Source: Apibacter raozihei
GTDB taxonomy: Bacteria > Bacteroidota > Bacteroidia > Flavobacteriales > Weeksellaceae
DNA: 64,000 nt
Assembly (NCBI RefSeq): GCF_004014855.1
Contig: NZ_CP034930.1
Location: 2,025,716 to 2,089,715 of the forward strand
Reading direction: 5' to 3'
This document shows, in pieces, positions 61,201-64,000 of this stretch (position 1 is the first letter of the stretch; each line of letters begins with the position of its first letter). The position numbers were made by a program, and so were the translations under genes. The notes beneath the pieces are model-generated. The model was given only the letters and a program-made list of their open reading frames with translations, made no database searches and was not told the DNA's origin.

Positions 61201-62478
61201 ATGAGAGTTTTAACAATTTTTAACTTAAAAAATATATTATTTGCGTTTACAGCCCTATGTATAAATTTTTCTTATTCACAAAAGTTTAAACTGGTTCTGG
61301 ATGCGGGACATGGAGGACATGATTATGGAGCCAAAGGACCGTATGCTAATGAAAAAGATGTTAATCTATCGTTGGCATTGAAGGTGGGTTCAATGATTGA
61401 AAAGAACAATAAAGATGTAGAAGTTATTTATACCCGTACTATCGATGAGTTTATTCCATTAATGACCCGGGCAGGTATTGCTAATAAAAACAAAGCAGAT
61501 TTATTTATATCCATTCACTGTAACTCCAGTTCTAAGAGCGCACCCTACGGAACCGAAACTTTTGTCTTAGGATCTCATAGAAACAGAGATAACTTTGATG
61601 TAGCAAAAAGAGAAAACTCTGTGGTATATATGGAAAAAGATTATCAGACCACCTATGAGGGGTTTGATATCAACTCACCTGAGTCTCTTATCGGATTAAC
61701 ACTTATGCAGAACGTTTATCTTGAAAACAGCTTAAAACTTGCCTCTTATGTAGAAGAAAATTTCAAAAAAGAAAGTAGATTATCCAGAGGAGTAAAACAG
61801 GCAGGTTTTTTAGTATTAGTTCAGACAGCTATGCCTGCAGTTCTTATAGAAACCGGGTTTATATCCAATTATCAGGAAGGAGAATATTTAGCTTCTGCGG
61901 AAGGTCAAAATACAATAGCAAAAAATATTTATGAAGCCTTTTTGGCATATAAAAAGGAATTTGATAAAAGATCAGGTAGAACTGAAATACAAAAAGTCGA
62001 AGTTAAAGAAGCCGAAATACCTTTAAAAAATACAACGCTTAAAATACAGTTTTTAGCATCATTTAACAAGTATCCACAAGGAGCTGCTCAATTTAGAGGT
62101 ATAAAAGATGTCGAAATTATAAAATCTAATGGGAAATATGTTTATTATGCAGGAGCTACTAATTTAAAATCAGAGGCAGACACAAATCTCAAAATTGTTA
62201 AAGAAGCTGGTTTTAAAGATGCTGCAGTCGTTGAATTTAAAGATAGTGAATCATTAAAAAATGAGTATTATACTATTGAAATTTTATTATCCACAAAAAA
62301 ATACAGGGAAAAAGATCCTATTTTTAAAGGATTGAACAATGTTGTAAGAGATAAAATCAATAATATCTATATATATACATCCGGCAAAGTAACTAATTAC
62401 GAATCGGCAAAAAGATTATTAGATAATATTAAAAAATTAGGATTTAACGATGCAGTTATATCCAAAATATCTGCATAA
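61201..62478 (+). CDS. N-acetylmuramoyl-L-alanine amidase (Amidase_3) with a C-terminal extension
   Basis: LVLDAGHGGHDYGA..ISIHCNS..ETGFISN are the zinc-amidase motifs. The start is taken at 61201 (MRVLTIF) rather than the overlapping 60976. Confidence 0.8.
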   Translation: MRVLTIFNLKNILFAFTALCINFSYSQKFKLVLDAGHGGHDYGAKGPYANEKDVNLSLALKVGSMIEKNNKDVEVIYTRTIDEFIPLMTRAGIANKNKADLFISIHCNSSSKSAPYGTETFVLGSHRNRDNFDVAKRENSVVYMEKDYQTTYEGFDINSPESLIGLTLMQNVYLENSLKLASYVEENFKKESRLSRGVKQAGFLVLVQTAMPAVLIETGFISNYQEGEYLASAEGQNTIAKNIYEAFLAYKKEFDKRSGRTEIQKVEVKEAEIPLKNTTLKIQFLASFNKYPQGAAQFRGIKDVEIIKSNGKYVYYAGATNLKSEADTNLKIVKEAGFKDAAVVEFKDSESLKNEYYTIEILLSTKKYREKDPIFKGLNNVVRDKINNIYIYTSGKVTNYESAKRLLDNIKKLGFNDAVISKISA

Positions 62479-62516
62479 AAAATCTGAAAATTTTTGTAGA
62501 AAAATTAGTTAGTTTT

Positions 62517-62556
62517 ATAGCCTGTTTATATTATTTATAAACAGGCTATTTTTTTG
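62517..62556 (+). terminator. Rho-independent terminator ATAGCCTGTTTATA..TATAAACAGGCTAT plus T7
   Basis: A perfect hairpin plus T-run after the amidase stop. Confidence 0.7.
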
Positions 62557-62766
62557 CTAAATTATGTTTTGGTAAATTAAACTCTATTTAATCTTTTCAA
62601 ATTCTTCGAAGAAACTTTTTTCAATAATATCTTGGAAAAAATAAGATTTTTTTAAAACAATTAAGAGTCATGTTATCATATTAATTTTTTGTTTCTTTTA
62701 GTTATAAATTAAGAGATACATAAACATTCAGTATAAATGTAAATAGTATTTAAATGTAAAATAAAA

Positions 62767-62791
62767 AGCCTTTGGAGTAATCATCCAAAGG
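62767..62791 (-). terminator. Terminator hairpin AGCCTTTGGA(N5)TCCAAAGGCT downstream of asnB on the minus strand
   Basis: A 10-bp stem. Read on the minus strand it is followed by TTTTTA. Confidence 0.6.
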
Positions 62792-62827
62792 CTACTATTT
62801 AGTTATAGTATATATATTGATGTATTT

Positions 62828-64000
62828 TTATATTGCATCAGTATGTACTGTCTTCACAGCGCGTCCGGATGGATCCGGATTGTTTTTAAAAGCTTCATCC
62901 CATTCAAGAGCTACAGCTGAGCTACATGCAACAGAAGGTACGGAAGGAACTGTCTGTGCTGCTGCCTGAGATGGAAAATGTTCTTCGAATATAGAACGGA
63001 ACCAGTATTCTTCTTTAGACATAGGTGGATTGATAGGAAAACGTTCTGCTGCTCTTTCCATCTGCTTATCAGTGATCTTTTCATCAGCAACTTTTTTAAG
63101 AGTGTCAATCCAAGAGTATCCTACACCATCAGAAAACTGTTCTTTTTGTCTCCAGGCAACTTCAGCAGGAAGGTAGTCTTCAAAAGCTTCCCGTAAGATA
63201 TGTTTTTCAATTTTTCCACCTCCACACATTTTATCTTTAGGGTTAAGAGTCATTGCAATATCCATAAATTCTCTATCTAGAAAAGGAACACGGCCTTCAA
63301 CTCCCCAAGCCATTAAAGATTTATTAGCCCTTAAACAATCATATAAATGAAGTTTATCTAGTTTTCGTACAGTTTCTTCATGAAATGCCTGGGCATCCGG
63401 AGCTTTATGAAAATACAAATATCCTCCAAACAGTTCATCAGATCCTTCACCAGATAAAACCATTTTAACCCCCATAGATTTAATATATCTAGCAAGAAGA
63501 TACATGGGCGTTGAAGCCCTTACAGTAGTCACATCATACGTTTCAATGTGATAAATTACATCGCTTAAAGAATCTAAGGCTTCTTCAATAGTGAAATGTA
63601 TTTCGTGGTGAACAGTTCCTATATGATCGGCTACTTTTTTAGCAGCAATTAAATCAGGAGCACCTTTAAGACCTACTGCAAAAGAGTGTAGTTGTGGCCA
63701 CCAGGCATCTGTTTGTCCATCTTCTTCAATTCTTTTGCTCGCATATTTTTTTGCAATAGCAGAAATAATTGAAGAATCTAAACCTCCGGATAATAATACA
63801 CCATAAGGTACGTCCGACATAAGTTGTCTGTGTACTGAATCTTCCAATCCTTTTCTTAATTTCTGAATATCAGAAGTATTATCTTTTACAGAGTCAAACT
63901 TCATCCAGTCTCTATGATACCATTCTTTTATTTCTCCATCGGGACTATAAAAATATTTTCCAGGCTCAAATTCTTTGATATCAGGACATACACCCTCTAA
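62828..64000 (-). CDS. asnB: Asparagine synthase (glutamine-hydrolysing), C-terminal synthetase domain; the N-terminus lies beyond the window
   Basis: SGGLDSS PP-loop motif. The frame stays open from 63904 to the window edge (..CPDIKEFEPGKYFYSPDGEIKEWYHRDW precedes the first Met). Confidence 0.8.
   Translation of the reverse strand, partial: LEGVCPDIKEFEPGKYFYSPDGEIKEWYHRDWMKFDSVKDNTSDIQKLRKGLEDSVHRQLMSDVPYGVLLSGGLDSSIISAIAKKYASKRIEEDGQTDAWWPQLHSFAVGLKGAPDLIAAKKVADHIGTVHHEIHFTIEEALDSLSDVIYHIETYDVTTVRASTPMYLLARYIKSMGVKMVLSGEGSDELFGGYLYFHKAPDAQAFHEETVRKLDKLHLYDCLRANKSLMAWGVEGRVPFLDREFMDIAMTLNPKDKMCGGGKIEKHILREAFEDYLPAEVAWRQKEQFSDGVGYSWIDTLKKVADEKITDKQMERAAERFPINPPMSKEEYWFRSIFEEHFPSQAAAQTVPSVPSVACSSAVALEWDEAFKNNPDPSGRAVKTVHTDAI

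Overview
This 64 kb window is low-GC and looks like a Bacteroidota (Flavobacteriia-like) chromosome. Most of it is housekeeping or accessory genes: an MFS transporter, an NCS2 purine permease, proBA, Crp/Rrf2/TetR regulators, a TolC-MFP-RND efflux operon, a multicopper oxidase, an SPFH protein, a WYL regulator, uvrA, upp, rpiB, an 8 kb Wzc/Wza/glycosyltransferase polysaccharide locus, aroA, rocD, xerD, an LptD-like outer-membrane protein, an amidase and a partial asnB. The notable part is a roughly 11 kb defence island at 3.4-14.6 kb, which holds two things. First, a compact type VI-B CRISPR-Cas locus with four 36-bp repeats that closely resemble the Bergeyella zoohelcum Cas13b repeat, as I recall it, and an intact 1160-aa Cas13b (both R-X4-H HEPN motifs present). 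No csx27 or csx28 accessory gene and no cas1/cas2 are present. Second, immediately downstream, a tight operon that I read as a retron-type system with an effector pair not previously described for retrons. It starts with a Bacteroidetes-type promoter, then an a1/a2-flanked msr/msd-like ncRNA containing a perfect 26-bp stem-loop. That is followed by a reverse transcriptase with retron-like motifs (YADD, QGSPxSP, VTGIVVN) and a 130-aa N-terminal extension, a 1142-aa WGR-domain MolR-like protein, and a 553-aa protein with a C-terminal SWIM zinc finger. Other points worth a second look are a multicopper oxidase fused to a CopB-like C-terminal domain, a cluster of degenerate tRNA-like sequences, a Wzc tyrosine kinase ending in (GY)9, and several perfect palindromes. 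All calls are from reading the sequence and the ORF translations; no database searches were possible.
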